Origin: an uncultured Bacteroidales bacterium | Lineage (GTDB): Bacteria > Bacteroidota > Bacteroidia > Bacteroidales > B18-G4 | Assembly (NCBI GenBank): GCA_964508895.1 | Contig: CAZDWF010000005.1 | Span: forward strand, 1-55,005 | DNA length: 55,005 bases | Reading direction: 5' to 3' | Shown here: one piece after another, positions 40,501-50,700 of the stretch | Layout: each line of letters starts with the position of its first letter | Numbering within the stretch: position 1 is the stretch's first letter | Translations under genes and position numbers: made by a program | The notes under the pieces: generated by a model | Told to the model about the DNA's origin: nothing | The model's input: the letters and a program-made list of their open reading frames with translations, nothing else | The model's database searches: none

Positions 40501-41711
40501 GTTAAGCTATTATACTGCATTGAGGCTGAATTACACTCATTATAAGCTGTTACGGTTATCTCAAAACTTGAATCTGGTTGACTACAATGAGAACTTGTAA
40601 ATATATGCTCAATAGTATCATTTATGAATGGCTGATTATAGCTCCATATTACCGGAGGAGTTCCGTCATCAAAGTCCCAGACATAATATGTACCTGCACT
40701 ATTTGATGAGTATCCACCCAGAACAAATTCTGCAATAAAAGGAACACATCCTGAGTTAGCTCCGACAGCACTTAATCCAACATTAGGATTTGCCTGATTT
40801 GCAACAATATAAGTTTCAGATGAACTACAAGCATTGCTGTAAACAGTAAATTCTAGGTTAAAAATTCCCAGTGAGGTATAAATGTGTGTTAAAGGGAAAT
40901 TCGTGTTTTGTAGGCCAGTTTGAATATTTCCATCCCCCCAGTTCACAGTCATACTGTCAATACATGCAGGATTAGGAGTAGTATTTAAGACTGTTAATGT
41001 ATCATTTGGATTTCCTGGTTCGGGATTATTATGGCAATTGCTGAAGTTATATCCTGAATTATCATAAAGTCCCGGTTCAGGAATTCGTTTGGAGTGAACC
41101 GTATCTGTATGCTGTGCCGTACAACCATAAATATCTGTTACAGTCAAAGTAACAGTAAACTCCTCAAAAGTATCACAGCTTGCATTATTCACAGAATTAT
41201 AAGTATGGGAAGTGAGAGGATTAAATGTGGTGAGAGAGTTACCATCACCAAAAGTCCATTGATACTCAAGTCCAACTCCCGTAGATGTATTTGCATTAAA
41301 AGAAATGGGAGTGTTTGAGCATATACTATCCACAGTAACTAAAAACCCTGCAACCGGAAATGGATTGATTTGTACTGCGAAAGATGTATCTACAGAGCAA
41401 CCTGATGTATCGTATGCGGTTAAGATAACATTATAATTTCCTGTTGCTCCATATGTATGAATTGGATGTATTTCACTGGATGTATTGCCATCATCAAAAT
41501 TCCAGAGGTAATAATCTACCAGGCCGCTTGGGAGAGTTGTGGTTTGATTTGTGAAAATCACCTGTCCTAAGGTATCACAGGATACCTGAAAAGTGAAGTT
41601 AGCTTCTAACGGACAAGATTGGGCTGATATTTTTCCAATGCTTAATATCAATAACCCAATGTATATAACAAATAATCTTAATTTATCTTTTATGTAAAAA
41701 TTCCATTCCAT
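28548..41711 (-). CDS. Giant adhesin A (4387 aa): signal peptide, ~6 PKD, ~13 SprB-like repeats, ~30 PKD, T9SS type-B C-terminal domain
   Basis: WDFGDG...P.H.Y...G.Y.V.L.V PKD repeats; C....DG.I.....GG..PY.Y SprB repeats at about 36840-39960; LYIPNAF.P...VYDQWG...W.G...QDVY...G.VTLIR end. Confidence 0.93.
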   Translation of the reverse strand: MEWNFYIKDKLRLFVIYIGLLILSIGKISAQSCPLEANFTFQVSCDTLGQVIFTNQTTTLPSGLVDYYLWNFDDGNTSSEIHPIHTYGATGNYNVILTAYDTSGCSVDTSFAVQINPFPVAGFLVTVDSICSNTPISFNANTSTGVGLEYQWTFGDGNSLTTFNPLTSHTYNSVNNASCDTFEEFTVTLTVTDIYGCTAQHTDTVHSKRIPEPGLYDNSGYNFSNCHNNPEPGNPNDTLTVLNTTPNPACIDSMTVNWGDGNIQTGLQNTNFPLTHIYTSLGIFNLEFTVYSNACSSSETYIVANQANPNVGLSAVGANSGCVPFIAEFVLGGYSSNSAGTYYVWDFDDGTPPVIWSYNQPFINDTIEHIFTSSHCSQPDSSFEITVTAYNECNSASMQYNSLTAYEAPIALFVCDTISCLGDAVQFVNTTHNGFGGGCETTTIYLWTFGDGTVSTEINPSHTYSQPGWYTVNLVASNSQCGATDTSRQIYITSVHPDFTFDTICSGLPTQFTDLSYGFDSVWSIPVPALTIVDWEWDFGDGVTLTGIKNPTHTFAIAGTYNVCLTVTSINGCDSTICHDVLVNNIVINSITYEDVSCNGLTDGWIQLNISGGNPPLSFTLIPDNITNTSGNFNNLDPGSYLITISDSICTVISDTIVISQPDLITIDSLNILQASCYSDSGTVQTYASGGTGLIYTLFPDSLVNTSGWFTGLITGDYWISASDSNNCPDVISDTFRITVPDTIMVDSVIVQHVSCNNVNDGIISAYASGGIDTLSYTYLLYSGAWPIATNHTGVFTGLGAGWYYLGVSDTNSCLATSDSVEVINPEAITLDSLYVKDISCYNADDGYIFTQAIGGRGLLSYTLYPDSVVNTTGEFTALTGGTYYIIVGDTNDCTLLIPDLIIMNPDAIIIDSIKYQNISCYNFNDGWIRMFGSGGTNLDYTLYPDNIINTSGYFSGLDAGDYWVQVTDTNNCPSSLSDTITIHNPSQLLIDSIQKQDLTCPGTNTGFIQVYASGGNDTTSYAYVLNPSTDSTINYSGIFNNLSAANHIVRVYDYNGCNVETGIIAILSPDPFILDSLNVFDITCYNLNDGIIEVYLSGGTGSLAYTLWPDSIVNTSGIFAGLSANTYQIVAEDQAGCSYSIPHIIVNNPDTIIVDSTHYASISCHDINDGWIRAFANGGTNLIYTLKPDNISNSNGLFTGLDAGSYYIQVSDSNSCPDVSSDTALIVNPSELIIDSITKQDPSCNNAGDGIINLYVSGGISPYVYTLLPNSISNNTGIFTNLTGGTYTVQVNDSNNCQLTSGDIIITSPGIITFDTIHTNITCNGFSDGSINIFNATGGTGNYEYSIDNGWSYQTNGIFAGLTPGNYFAVVRDSNLCISNTIPIIVTEPDILQITGFSVIQPTCWGCTDGEIDAIVAGGTTPYSHSWSNGMTGNPVTGLSSGNYTDTVTDANGCTTYSSVFVPQPDSLIISMSGQNVACHGDNTGWAAVSILGGVPPYSFSWYLIPDPGVIGTQDTLFNIPAGLYTVIVTDNSSNIAQDTIEINQPDTALYLSLNNTDTVCFGQTNGWASVDVFGGAPPYSYSWSSGTGATTDSVYNLGPGIHSLLITDANGCTLTDNITIYENPQIMLMVSAGQTTICANESTQLTASASGGTPPLNYTWSPAGNLSNPNISNPIATPDTTTIYSCVVTDARACTATDLVTIAVSSIPVADFDFDNACALMETHFTDLSYTVMGQIDSWYWNFDDPSSGFLNVSTFQHPTHIFYNSGSYDVMLIVGNISGCYDTIIHTINIGAPPIADFTFTDECIGDTTWFYNQSTASAVPIGTFIYDFGDGTIQTYTNGADTVGHLFPQSGQYHVSLTAIDTNGCVDMTTKMVVSYAKPTALFHVHQNCINNVTHFTDYSNGSGANIIIWAWDFGDPSSGASNTSSIQHPSHTYSQAGFYDVTLEVTNTNGCSNLTIQTIEVYPGPVADFRFDTTCLNTPVFFDNLSYAIGENIISWYWDFGDGSSSVLQYPSHTYTTAGTYYVSLSVTTENGCTSDITKELTVYALPVADFTYNFPNCLGDTTYFTDLSHPVTSGQITSWYWDFGDGSYDSLHQHPSHLYTNAGTYVVTLTVYDTNGCSKGIQKPVLVNTPPVASFTYTTTGCDTVYFADASSGIDDTLVSWHWDFGDVASGWHNYSSLQHPMHVYIHSGQYTVRLIVSDANGCTDTLTQVLDLERPTPDFTYSQTCMGLPTLFTNLSTSPSSPITGYLWDFDDGGTSTFSDPSHIYQNSGTYYVTLWVTSLNGCQDYITIGVHIDEIPVADFTYQTPSCHGDSTYFTDLSFLSGPSSINSWHWDFGDGTTDTTDQHPTHYYSSGGTYQVILTVTDGNGCQGSLLQDVHINPRPIASFYHTTTSCDSVFFTDQSVGVGDSIISWSWDFGDPGSGWNNYSTVQNPLHVYVNSGTYPVELIVTDAHGCEDTLLQLVDVYKPTADFSSDTACVGTPTQFTDLSACQGVGITGWHWDFGDGITATTQHPMHTYSLPGTYYVILTVFTAQGCSSQVIRPVEVDHSPTADFSYQGLCQGDITYFTDLSTISGSLPITSWHWDFGDGMSSTQQDPTHVYTITGLYQVTLTVYSTQGCHASLSKSLVITDQPTAMFSADSTCQGEVTHFTDLSTAPSSGIMSWMWDFGDGTYAQNIQHPTHAYIYAGTYQVSLIVTNLEGCSDTTSQAVSVRSLPLAGFVSDTSCPGQATHFTDLSSGPSAIASYYWDFGDPSSGSFNHSATQHPTHNYTASGIYNVTLTVSDIHGCEHSVVNPVHVTDPPMASFTFSNHQCQGQDILFSDHSLTQGGVSIISWIWDFGDGTTDTIHYPQSPDITHSYMNPGAYTVSLQVTTAAGCFDITSHQLMVIASPTADFTHTGGACENEYVQFQDQATTNGGTSLSWWHWDFGDPLSPQNTSTLQHPTHIFTSPGIYAITEIVSNTSGCTDTIIKAITVSDAPPVDYYHSATCHNELTYFYIDSTIVNWAMTTSYLWDFGDGGFTNIPNPSHVFSTTGLFDVTLTITDTNGCDNSITHTVDVRPLPQANFDHSGPVCDYDSVYFQDYSSTTYGYIVSWMWDFDDGSPTETIYFPDNPNLWHTYSQPGTYSATLTVQNSDSCTHTFSRVVEVTDSPIANFHWTGDCEDELIQFSDASFPNLPGSIISWFWEFDDPGSGTNNISQLQDPTHLFSYGDSTYDVRLIIMTNENCTDTIDKPVYIKQGPPVDFVYDIRCEDTLITFSPDTAVMDPGTITDWYWDFGDGTYGYNPTSQHLYNVPGTYTVSLTATNTEGCSGTAFHDISILEGPTPIFTTTPPNCQGLPVLFDDNSSTVNGYIIKWHWDFGDGGDSTILFPDDPDVYHSYALSGTYLASLTVTTSDSCINTSTQVVIIDFSPVAMFTHTGSCQDDLYEFFDSSQPNGGGNIQSWSWDFGDPQSGTSNTSQLQNPTHYFSSPGSYAVILEVINVNGCMDTLTRQVMVSASPPTDFTYENTCQGEATQFYVDSTITNINTIIAYDWDFGDGSPHSNQLNPTHVYSYYGTYTVTLTVTDTSACDNTAAHAVDIAPSPVAVFNYTASCTGQKTYFIDHSYVVAGSPVMQWLWDFGDPGSGANNTSAQQHPNHQYSSSGVYTVMLVVTTADGCMDTASRIVEVYEGPEANFYFQMDLCQTGLVNFTDSTTSQQSIISEWFWTFETAHNSVHQNPQYIFSYSDSCYSVSLEVTDTRGCRDTIIKQVCIPEAFDMAISYTQACLGEPTYLSDSIIAPSGTFLTDYLWDFGEPLYPGNISVLPHPSHTYSNAGVYTVSLTSTDNNGCAHTEYQQVMVDPLPVASFDWSDSPCDTTITFTDQSMGNGTLIDLWQWDFGDGSPILTLTVPNGQPVSHKYALPGVYHVTLIITNTNGCKDTITLQVTSNPCILSGFALMDSVTCQGTEVHFQDMTQANPYIIMYEWLWGDGTHISYQNQTSVVTHTYTHPGTYHVHFVIHGLIHGNAISDTMSKVIIVHPLPTAGFTCQPVCQGQASVFRDTSIIASYIRSWSWDFGEPGSQGDTSSVSDPTYIYPIAGDYSVVLMVTNKFGCTDSVQSTVSVSAKPVADFSTSPACLGDPTEFTDESVDMNTNITDWKWDFGDSLSQSPVSYQQDPRHYYTQLGLYTVELMVVNATGCKDSISKNVNVHAAPVSDFRVVPNYNDVQGNVFVQDGSNGAQDYQWDWGDGLISYETEPPITHQYDNDGGFTIELIVWNKYGCVDTSYVDFEFLFKALYIPNAFAPESIDEEVRLFKPKGIGLSSYMIQVYDQWGNLVWESTELDEYGSPAEAWNGTFKGKMLPQDVYLWRVKAIFKDGIIWEGESTGNMDGLSRAEQGTVTLIR
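28888..36092. repeat. 7,205-bp direct repeat, copy 1
   Basis: Matches 42119-49323 at offset 13,231; protein translation and all incidental ORFs are duplicated at that offset. Confidence 0.93.
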
Positions 41712-41778
41712 GAGTCTGGCTATTTTATAATGAAATACATATCATATACTTATCTTTTTTCACAATTTCTATCCTATT

Positions 41779-44700
41779 CTATCGGATCAGAGTTACCGTA
41801 CCTTGTTCTTCCCTTGACAATCCGTTATTATTACCAATACTTTCTCCTTCCCAAATGGTATCATCTCTAAATATGGCCTTAACCCTCCACACATATACAT
41901 CCTGTGGCATAAATTTACCTTTGAAAGTACCGTCCCATGATTCTACAGGACTTCCGTTTTCATCCAGCTTTGTAGACTCCCAAACCAGGTTACCCCACTG
42001 ATCTATTACCTGAATCAGGTATTTTCTTAATCCAATTCCTTTAGGTGTAAATAATCTTACTTCAGGATCCATACTTTGAGGTGCGAAAGCGTTGGGTATA
42101 TAAAGCGCCTTGTATACAAATTCAAAATCAACATAAGAAGTATCAACACATCCATACTTGTTCCATACAATTAATTCTATAGTAAAGCCTCCGTCATTAT
42201 CATATTGATGGGTAATGGGTGGCTCTGTTTCATAGCTTATCAACCCATCTCCCCAATCCCACTGGTAATCCTGAGCACCATTGGATCCATCCTGAACAAA
42301 TACATTGCCTTGAACATCATTGTAATTAGGCACTACCCTGAAGTCACTCACAGGTGCTGCATGTACATTGACATTCTTACTGATCGAGTCCTTGCATCCT
42401 GTTGCATTTACTACCATCAGCTCCACAGTATACAATCCAAGCTGGGTATAATAATGCCTCGGATCTTGCTGGTAGGAAACAGGGCTTTGTGACAGGGAAT
42501 CACCAAAGTCCCACTTCCAGTCAGTAATATTTGTATTCATATCAACCGATTCATCTGTAAATTCCGTGGGATCTCCCAAACATGCCGGGCTGGTGCTGAA
42601 GTCAGCTACAGGTTTTGCACTCACACTTACTGTGCTTTGCACAGAATCAGTACATCCAAACTTGTTGGTTACCATCAATACAACACTATAATCTCCTGCT
42701 ATGGGATAGATATACGTCGGATCAGAAACCGATGAGGTGTCGCCCTGTGATCCGGGCTCGCCAAAGTCCCAGCTCCAGCTCCTAATGTAAGAAGCTATGA
42801 TGGATGTATCCCGGAATACAGACGCTTGCCCCTGGCATACCGGCTGACAGGTAAATCCTGCCGTTGGCAAAGGATGAACTATGATCACCTTGCTCATAGT
42901 ATCTGAGATCGCATTGCCATGGATCAGTCCATGGATCACAAAATGTACATGATATGTTCCAGGATGAGTATAAGTATGGGTAACTACAGAAGTTTGGTTC
43001 TGATAACTAATATGTGTGCCATCTCCCCAGAGCCATTCATACATTATAATATATGGATTTGCCTGGGTCATGTCCTGGAAGTGAACCTCAGTACCCTGGC
43101 ATGTTACTGAATCCATCAGTGCAAAGCCGGATAGTATGCATGGATTACTGGTTACCTGAAGGGTGATGGTATCCTTACAGCCATTTGTATTGGTGATGAT
43201 CAATGTGACATGATATACTCCGGGAAGAGCATATTTATGGCTTACAGGCTGGCCATTTGGAACTGTAAGAGTGAGTATGGGTGAGCCGTCTCCAAAGTCC
43301 CACTGCCACAAATCTATGAGTGTGCCATTGCCCATGGACTGATCGGTAAATGTTATGGTAGTATCACAGGGCGAATCAGACCAGTCGAAGCTTGCTACAG
43401 GTAAGGGATCCACCATCACCTGCTGATACTCTGTATGCGCACATCCGTTGTTGTCGGTAGATGTTAAGCTTACAGTATACACTCCAGCATTAGAGTAGGT
43501 ATGTGAAGGATGCGGTAATACAGATATATTGCCAGGATACAGTGGCTCTCCAAAGTCCCAGAGATAATCTGTCAGGAAGGTTCCCGAGGGTGCAATAATG
43601 CTATCGCTTAAGTATGTCGGCTCTCCCAAACAGGCCTGAGTATAGCTAATAGCCATATCAAAGGCTTCCGGTATACAAACCTGCTTAATAATAGTATCTC
43701 TGCATCCTCTGGTATCCGTAACTTCTAAACTTACGCTATAACAGCTGTCGCTATATGAAAATATGTATTGAGGATTTTGATGCACAGAATTATGAGCAGT
43801 CTCAAAAGTCCAGAACCATTCTGAGATAATGGATTGCTGGCTTGTTGTAGAATCCGTAAAATTAACGAGGCCTGTTTGACATAAATCCATTTGAAAATAG
43901 AAGTTTGCTTCAGGTCCTTCATATACTTCAACAATTCTTGAAGCGGTATCCATACATCCATCAGCAGTGGTTACCACCAGCATCACGGTATATACCCCGC
44001 TGGATGAGTACTGATGGTTGGGGTGCTGTTGAGCAGAGGTGTTGTTAGCCCCTGAGCCGGGATCGCCAAAGTCCCACAACCACTGCATAACAGGTGAGCC
44101 TGCCACCACATAGGAGTGGTCTATGAAATACGTCTTCTGCCCTGTACAGCTTGCCGTGTAGTTAAACACTGCCACCGGAGAGGGGGCAATATCCACAGCA
44201 TGGGCTGCAGTGTTATCACAAGCCGAGGTATCTGTCACTGTGAGTGTTACCGTATAGGTGCCATAATAAGAATAAACATGTGTTGGGTTCAACTGGTTGG
44301 AATGCGGCGAGCCGTCGCCAAAGTCCCAATCGTAAGCTATGATGGTGTTGATATTGGTTATTGTGCTATCCACATAAAACTGTGTCGCTTCGCCCTGACA
44401 GGTATTCTCATAGGTAAAATCAGTAGGTGGGGATGCCGATACCATCACCTGTCTTGTAAGGGTATCCATACAGCCATTCACATTGATAACCTCCAGGATC
44501 ACTGCATAGCTTCCCGGTGAGGAGAAATAATGCGTGGGGTTCTGCAGCTGGCTGGTATTGCTTGTGCCTGACTGTGGATCGCCAAAGTCCCAGCTCCAAC
44601 TCTGGATATTGCCCCCTCCGTTAGGCTGTGAGGAGTCAAAGAACTCATACAAATCATCCTGGCAACTGCCCGTATGGGTGAACATCGCTACGGGTGAGAA

Positions 44701-47700
44701 GTCTATAATAACCACCTGTGTGCTGGTATTAATGCAGCTATCAGAGGTGGTGACCGTTAAGCTAGCCAGGTAAGTGCCCGAAAGTGCATAACTGTGGTAT
44801 ACATCCGGATCATCAGGGAACAGTATGGTGCTGTCACCACCGTCGCCAAAGTCCCAATGCCATTTTATGATGTATCCATTGACAGTCGATGAGTTGTCAT
44901 CAAACAGTACCGGTAAGCCCTGGCAGTTTGGAGGTGTAGTGGTAAAGATCGGTGTGGGGCCTTCTAAGATGCTGATATCATGGAAAGCAGTGCCGGAACA
45001 ACCTTCGGTATTGGTGGCTGTCAGACTTACTGTGTATGTTCCGGGAACATTATACAAATGCTGGGATGTTGGGTTGTAGCCATAGGTGCCATCGCCAAAG
45101 TCCCAGTACCAATCGGTAATCGTGCCTGGGTCCATAACAGCAGTATCGGGTGAAAAGGTGATCAAAGTGTCCTCACACCTAATATCGTATACAAAATCTA
45201 CCGGAGGGCCCTGTTTGATATAAACCGGCTTGTCGATCGTATCGGTGCAGTTCTCATTGGTCATAATGATCAGGCGCACATCATAAGTGCTGTCACCATA
45301 AGAGAACAGGTGGGTGGGATCTTGCAGCTGGGAGATGTTATTGGTGCCCGAACCCGGATCATCAAACTCCCAGAACCATGAGATGATGCTTCCCGGTAAG
45401 TTAGGAAAAGAGGCATCTGAGAACTGTATGAGCTCATCCTCACAATCACCCGTCCAGTGAAAGTTAGCTATCGGTGAGTCGGTGACCTCCACCACCCTGC
45501 TAAAGGTATGGGTGCAGCTATCAGAGTTTTGTACCGTCAGTGTGGCGGAGTAAGTGCCCGGCTGAGAATAGGTATGCCATAGGTTAGGGTTGTCAGGAAA
45601 ATAAATGGTCTCTGTTGGTGAGCCGTCATCAAAGTCCCACATCCAGCTTACAATATAACCATAGGTGGTAGAGGAGTAATCCTGGAAATAGACACTGTCG
45701 TAATCACATACAGGCCCTGAGTGATCAAAGTTGGCCTGTGGCAAAGGCCTTACATCCACCGTATGGGTGATGGAGTTGTCACAGCCGTTGGTATCTGTGA
45801 TGGTGAGGGTGACATCAAAAAGACCCGTAGTGCTAAACACATGGGAAGGGTTAGGAATATTGGTAAAGCCCCCGTCGCCAAAGTCCCACAAATAGCTGGT
45901 GGTCATAGCCCAGTTAACTATTGTGGAGTCTATATAAAAATACGTGAGCTCGTTATGGCAGGTGGCACTGTGGTAATAGTCTACCGGTGGAGCATCACTC
46001 ACAGTGATCGCTTTTATGATCGTATCTGTACATCCGCTGGTATTGCTTACTATCTCTGTGATGGCGTAAATGCCAGGGGAGGTGAAAATATGCGTGGGAT
46101 GCTGTAGCGTAGATGTGTTCTGGGGTGATAAGGGATCACCGAAATCCCAATGCCACCAGCTTAGTGAGGTGCCCCCATTGGTGGTGGCCTGATCCTGGAA
46201 CTGTACGTATTCATTCTCGCAGGCTCCACCCGTATGGGTAAAATCAGCCGTAGGAGAGGCAATGACCATTAGCTGGTGTGATGTTATATCAAAACAGCCC
46301 GCGGCAGTAGTCACCTGCAAGCTTACAGTATATGCTCCCGGGTTCATATAGCTATGGGTGATGTCAGGGCTTTGTGGATAGTGGATCGTATCTGTGGTGC
46401 CATCACCAAAGTCCCAGATCCAGCTTATGATAGATACTCCCCCTTGAGTGAGTGAGTGATCGCTAAACAGTATGTCCTGCCCCTGGCACTGGTGGTTGCT
46501 AAAAGTAAAGCTTGCCATAGGTGGATCTGTCACATGTACAGGATTTACTACGCTGTGCTCACAGCCGTGGATATCGCTTACCGTTAATGTTACATTATAG
46601 ATACCCGAGGCGGTATAATTATGCGTGGGGTGCTGGGTGGCAGAATGGTTGAATGACCCTGAGGAGGGATCACCAAAGTCCCAGTAGTAGCTGGCTATGG
46701 CAGAAGGCCCTGAGGACAGATCGGTAAAATGGGTCGCCTGGCCAGGACAGCTTGTATCCGATACAAAGCCTGCCAGTGGCAAGGAGCGAACGCTCACCGC
46801 CTGGCTCGTGGTATCGGAACAGCCCTCTAAGTTGGTTACTATCAGGCTTACCTGGTAGGTGCCTGCATAAATATATGCGTGGGTGGGATGCTGTATGTTC
46901 TGGGCATAAGTGCCATCGCCAAAGTCCCACATCCAGCTCATAATACCTGATGAGGGAGCGGTGGAAAGGTCCGTAAAGTGGGTCACCTCACCCTGACAGG
47001 TGGAATCGGCAGAGAACATGGCCGTGGGCTGATCGGTGATCACAAGGCTCTTGGAAAGGCTTGCATGACAACCCTGGGTGGAGTAAACCGTCAGGGTCAC
47101 CTGGTATAAACCCGTTATCGTGTATACATGCGTGGGGTCTTGCTGGGTGGAGCTCATACCATCACCAAAGTCCCAATGCCAGGAGGTGATCGGCAAGGAG
47201 CCGGATATGGTGGAAAGGTCCGTGAAATAAGTGATATCACCCTGGCACAACCCCTGGTAGCTAAAGTCCGCCGTAGGAGAGTGATCTACCTCTACCGGAC
47301 GGATCACCTGAGAAGAGCAGCCCTGGGCGGTAAAGACCGTCAAAATCACATAATAGGTGCCTGGGAGTGAATAAGTGTGCATCGGGTGCTGGGTGGTAGC
47401 AGTGATGCCATCACCAAAGTCCCAATGCCAGCCGGTAATGCCGACGCCCTGGCAGGCAGACAGATCCGTAAACTGTGTGGGGGTACCCACACAGGCCGTA
47501 TCGGATGAAAAATCTGCCGTGGGCTTATACACATCTACCAGCTGTAACAGCGTATCCTCACAGCCGTGAGCATCGGTGACGATCAGCTCTACCGGATAAG
47601 TGCCGGAATTTACATATACATGTAATGGGTTTTGCACTGTGGAGTAATTGTTCCAGCCTGATCCGGGATCTCCAAAATCCCAGCTCCAGCTGATGATGCT

Positions 47701-50700
47701 GTCGCCCACACCAACCGACTGATCTGTAAAGAATACGCTGTCGCAGCTGGTAGTAGTATGATAAAAACTTGCGATAGGTCTTGGGTTTATATGTACATCC
47801 TGCAATAGGCTGCCCTGGCAACCGTTGCCGTCGGTAACGGTCAGTATTACCTGGTAGGTGCCGCCCGAAGAGTAGTAGTGCGTAGGATGCTGATCTGTAG
47901 TATCTGTAGTGCCATCGCCAAAGTCCCAGTGCCATGAGTTGATACTAGAAGGACCGGAAAGGAAAGAAAGATCCGTAAAGTAGGTGCTGTCACCATGGCA
48001 TGATGGGGTCTGGTAAGTGAAGTCTGCCACAGGGATCTCATCAATATGTACACCTATGGTGATATAATCCTGACAGCCGTTTAAGCTCGTTACCCATAGG
48101 GTCACATAATAGGTGCCTGAGTTTTGGTAGATGTGCGATGGGTCAGAAAAGGTCGAAGTGCCCCCGTCGTCAAAGTCCCACAAGTAACCCGTAATAGGTG
48201 ATGATGGACTGGTGCTTAAGTTGGTAAACAGTGTGGGTAGCCCCATACAGGTCTGAGAGTATGTGAAATCCGGGGTGGGTCGCTCCAGATCAAGCACCTG
48301 GGTGAGGGTGTCTGTGCAGCCATTGGCATCACTGACAATCAGTCTTACCGTATATTGTCCTGAGTGGATATACACATGCATAGGATGCTGGAGGCTGGAG
48401 TAATTATGCCAGCCTGAGGCCACATCGCCAAAGTCCCAATGCCAGCTCACTAGCGTATCGTCTATCCCGGAGGAAGCATCTGCAAAATATACCGTGTCAC
48501 AGCCCGTAGTGGTGTAAGTAAACGAAGCTACTGGTGGAGTGTTCACCAGTACCGGCTTTTGTATGCCTTTAGAGCAACCATTGGTATCGTAAACCGTCAG
48601 GGTGACTACGTAGGTTCCTGCATTGGTATACAGATGGGACGGATGCTGGTGGAGGCTATCGTAACTGCCGTCACCAAAATCCCAGTACCAGGAGGTGATC
48701 TGTCCGGAAGTGACAGGGTGAGACAGGTCGGTAAAGTATGTCGTATCACCAAGACAGTTAGGAAAGTTATACGTAAAATCAGCCACAGGAAGGGCATAGA
48801 CCGTTAACTCTTTGGTGATATCCGAGGTGCAGCCGTTCTCAGTGGTGACACTCAAGGATACATAATAAGTGCCCGCTGTGGTGTAGGTATGGCTTGGGTA
48901 TTGAAGTACAGAGGAGCTACCGTCGCCAAAGTCCCAGTACCAGCTGATGATATTCTCCCCTATCGCATAGGAAAGGTTATCAAAAAATACCGGAGTGTTC
49001 AAACAGGTGGTGTCGAACCTGAAGTCAGCAACAGGGCCCGGATAAACCTCTATAGTCTGGATCGTAAGGTTAGAACAGCCATTGGTGTTGGTGACCTCTA
49101 AGGTGACATCGTAAAAACCTGCCTGGGAGTATGTGTGGCTGGGGTGCTGTATGCTGGAAGTGTTGCTGGCTCCGGAGGATGGATCTCCGAAATCCCACGC
49201 CCAGATGATAATGTTTGCCCCCGATCCGTTACTGTAATCCGTAAAATGGGTCACATTGTTGATGCAGTTCTGATGTACATGGAATAAGGCCGTAGGCTTA
49301 GCATAAGAAACTACCATCTTGGTCATTGTATGAGAACATCCATTACTGTCTGATACCGTAAGGCTTACATGATACTGTCCTGCCTGGTTAAAAACATGGC
49401 CTACTGTATCTGCATCATAGATTGAATAATAAGTTTCTATAGTTCCATCACCGAAGTCATATTCCCAGATAGCAATCGGACCTAATGTTGGGGTTGCAGC
49501 TTCATAGAACCAGGTAGTATCATCCTTACATGAATTTCCAAACGTAAAATCTGAAAGAGGTGGTGTACTTATATATATTGTTTTAACAATAGTATCACTA
49601 CAACCATTATTACTCGCAACAGCAAGCATTACATCATAATAACCCGTTTGGATATATGAATGAACAGGGTTTTGTAATGTTGAAGTGTTATTAATACCAC
49701 TAGATGGATCATCAAAGTTCCAGTGCCATTCTATTATTCCTCCAGGTAATGCACCTGATTGATCAAAGAAATGAGTTGCAGATCCAACACATGGTATTAT
49801 ATAGCTGAAGTCAGCAACAGGCTGGTGCTGATTCCAGACATCTTTTGTAGTTGAATCTATACATCCATTCGAATTAGTAACAGTTAAAGTAACCTGAAAT
49901 ATTCCTGAAGAAGTGTATACATGAGTTGGATGTTGTAATGTTGATGAACCTCCGTCACCAAAATCCCACAGCCATGATGTTATGGCTCCGGAACCAGTAA
50001 TGTATGACTGATCAATGAAGTGGGTGGTATCACCATTACAGCTGGCAGCAATATATGTGAAATCTGCCACTGCGCCATCATCAAGGCTAACGGATTGTGA
50101 AGCAGTATCATAACATCCATTAATAGTTGTAACACTAAGTAAAATATTATAAGTTCCTGAATTACTATAAGTATACATAGGATTTTGCAGGATGGAAGTA
50201 TTGCCGTCACCGAAGTCCCAGTACCATGAAACAATAGTGTCACCATTAACTGTTGATTGATCTGTAAAATAAATTGTATCGTTATAACATGATGGATTGG
50301 TATGAATAAAATCAGCTACTGGCAATTCATAAATAGTGACCAATTTGTTGGTGTCGTTAAAGCATCCGCTATCCGAGACAATTGTCAGGCTGACAATGAA
50401 ATTTCCAGTTAAATTGTATGTATGAATAGGATTTTGAACGCCAGATGTGTTTCCATCACCAAAGTCCCAGCTCCAGCTTGAAATTTGTCCTGGATAAGAA
50501 GTAATACCATGAAAACTTGTTTGAAGGCCAACACAATTTGTATCATAAGTAAAATCTACCAAAGGTTTTTCAAATATATTCACAGATTTTATTGTAGTAT
50601 CATGGCAGCCATCGGAGTTGGTTACGATTAAGCTAACATTATATAATCCTGGACTTGTATAGATATTAACAGGGTTTTCCAGGATGGAAGTATTGCCATC

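Noticed and set aside
28974-49101. Many 60-134 aa alternate-frame and antisense ORFs inside the adhesins
   Set aside because: Shadow ORFs favoured by higher GC and repetitive codons; useful only as evidence that the two blocks are identical
28888-49323. Long direct repeats as a composite transposon, prophage or DGR template/variable pair
   Set aside because: The repeats are in-frame adhesin coding sequence; no transposase, integrase or reverse transcriptase, and no adenine-specific mismatches seen
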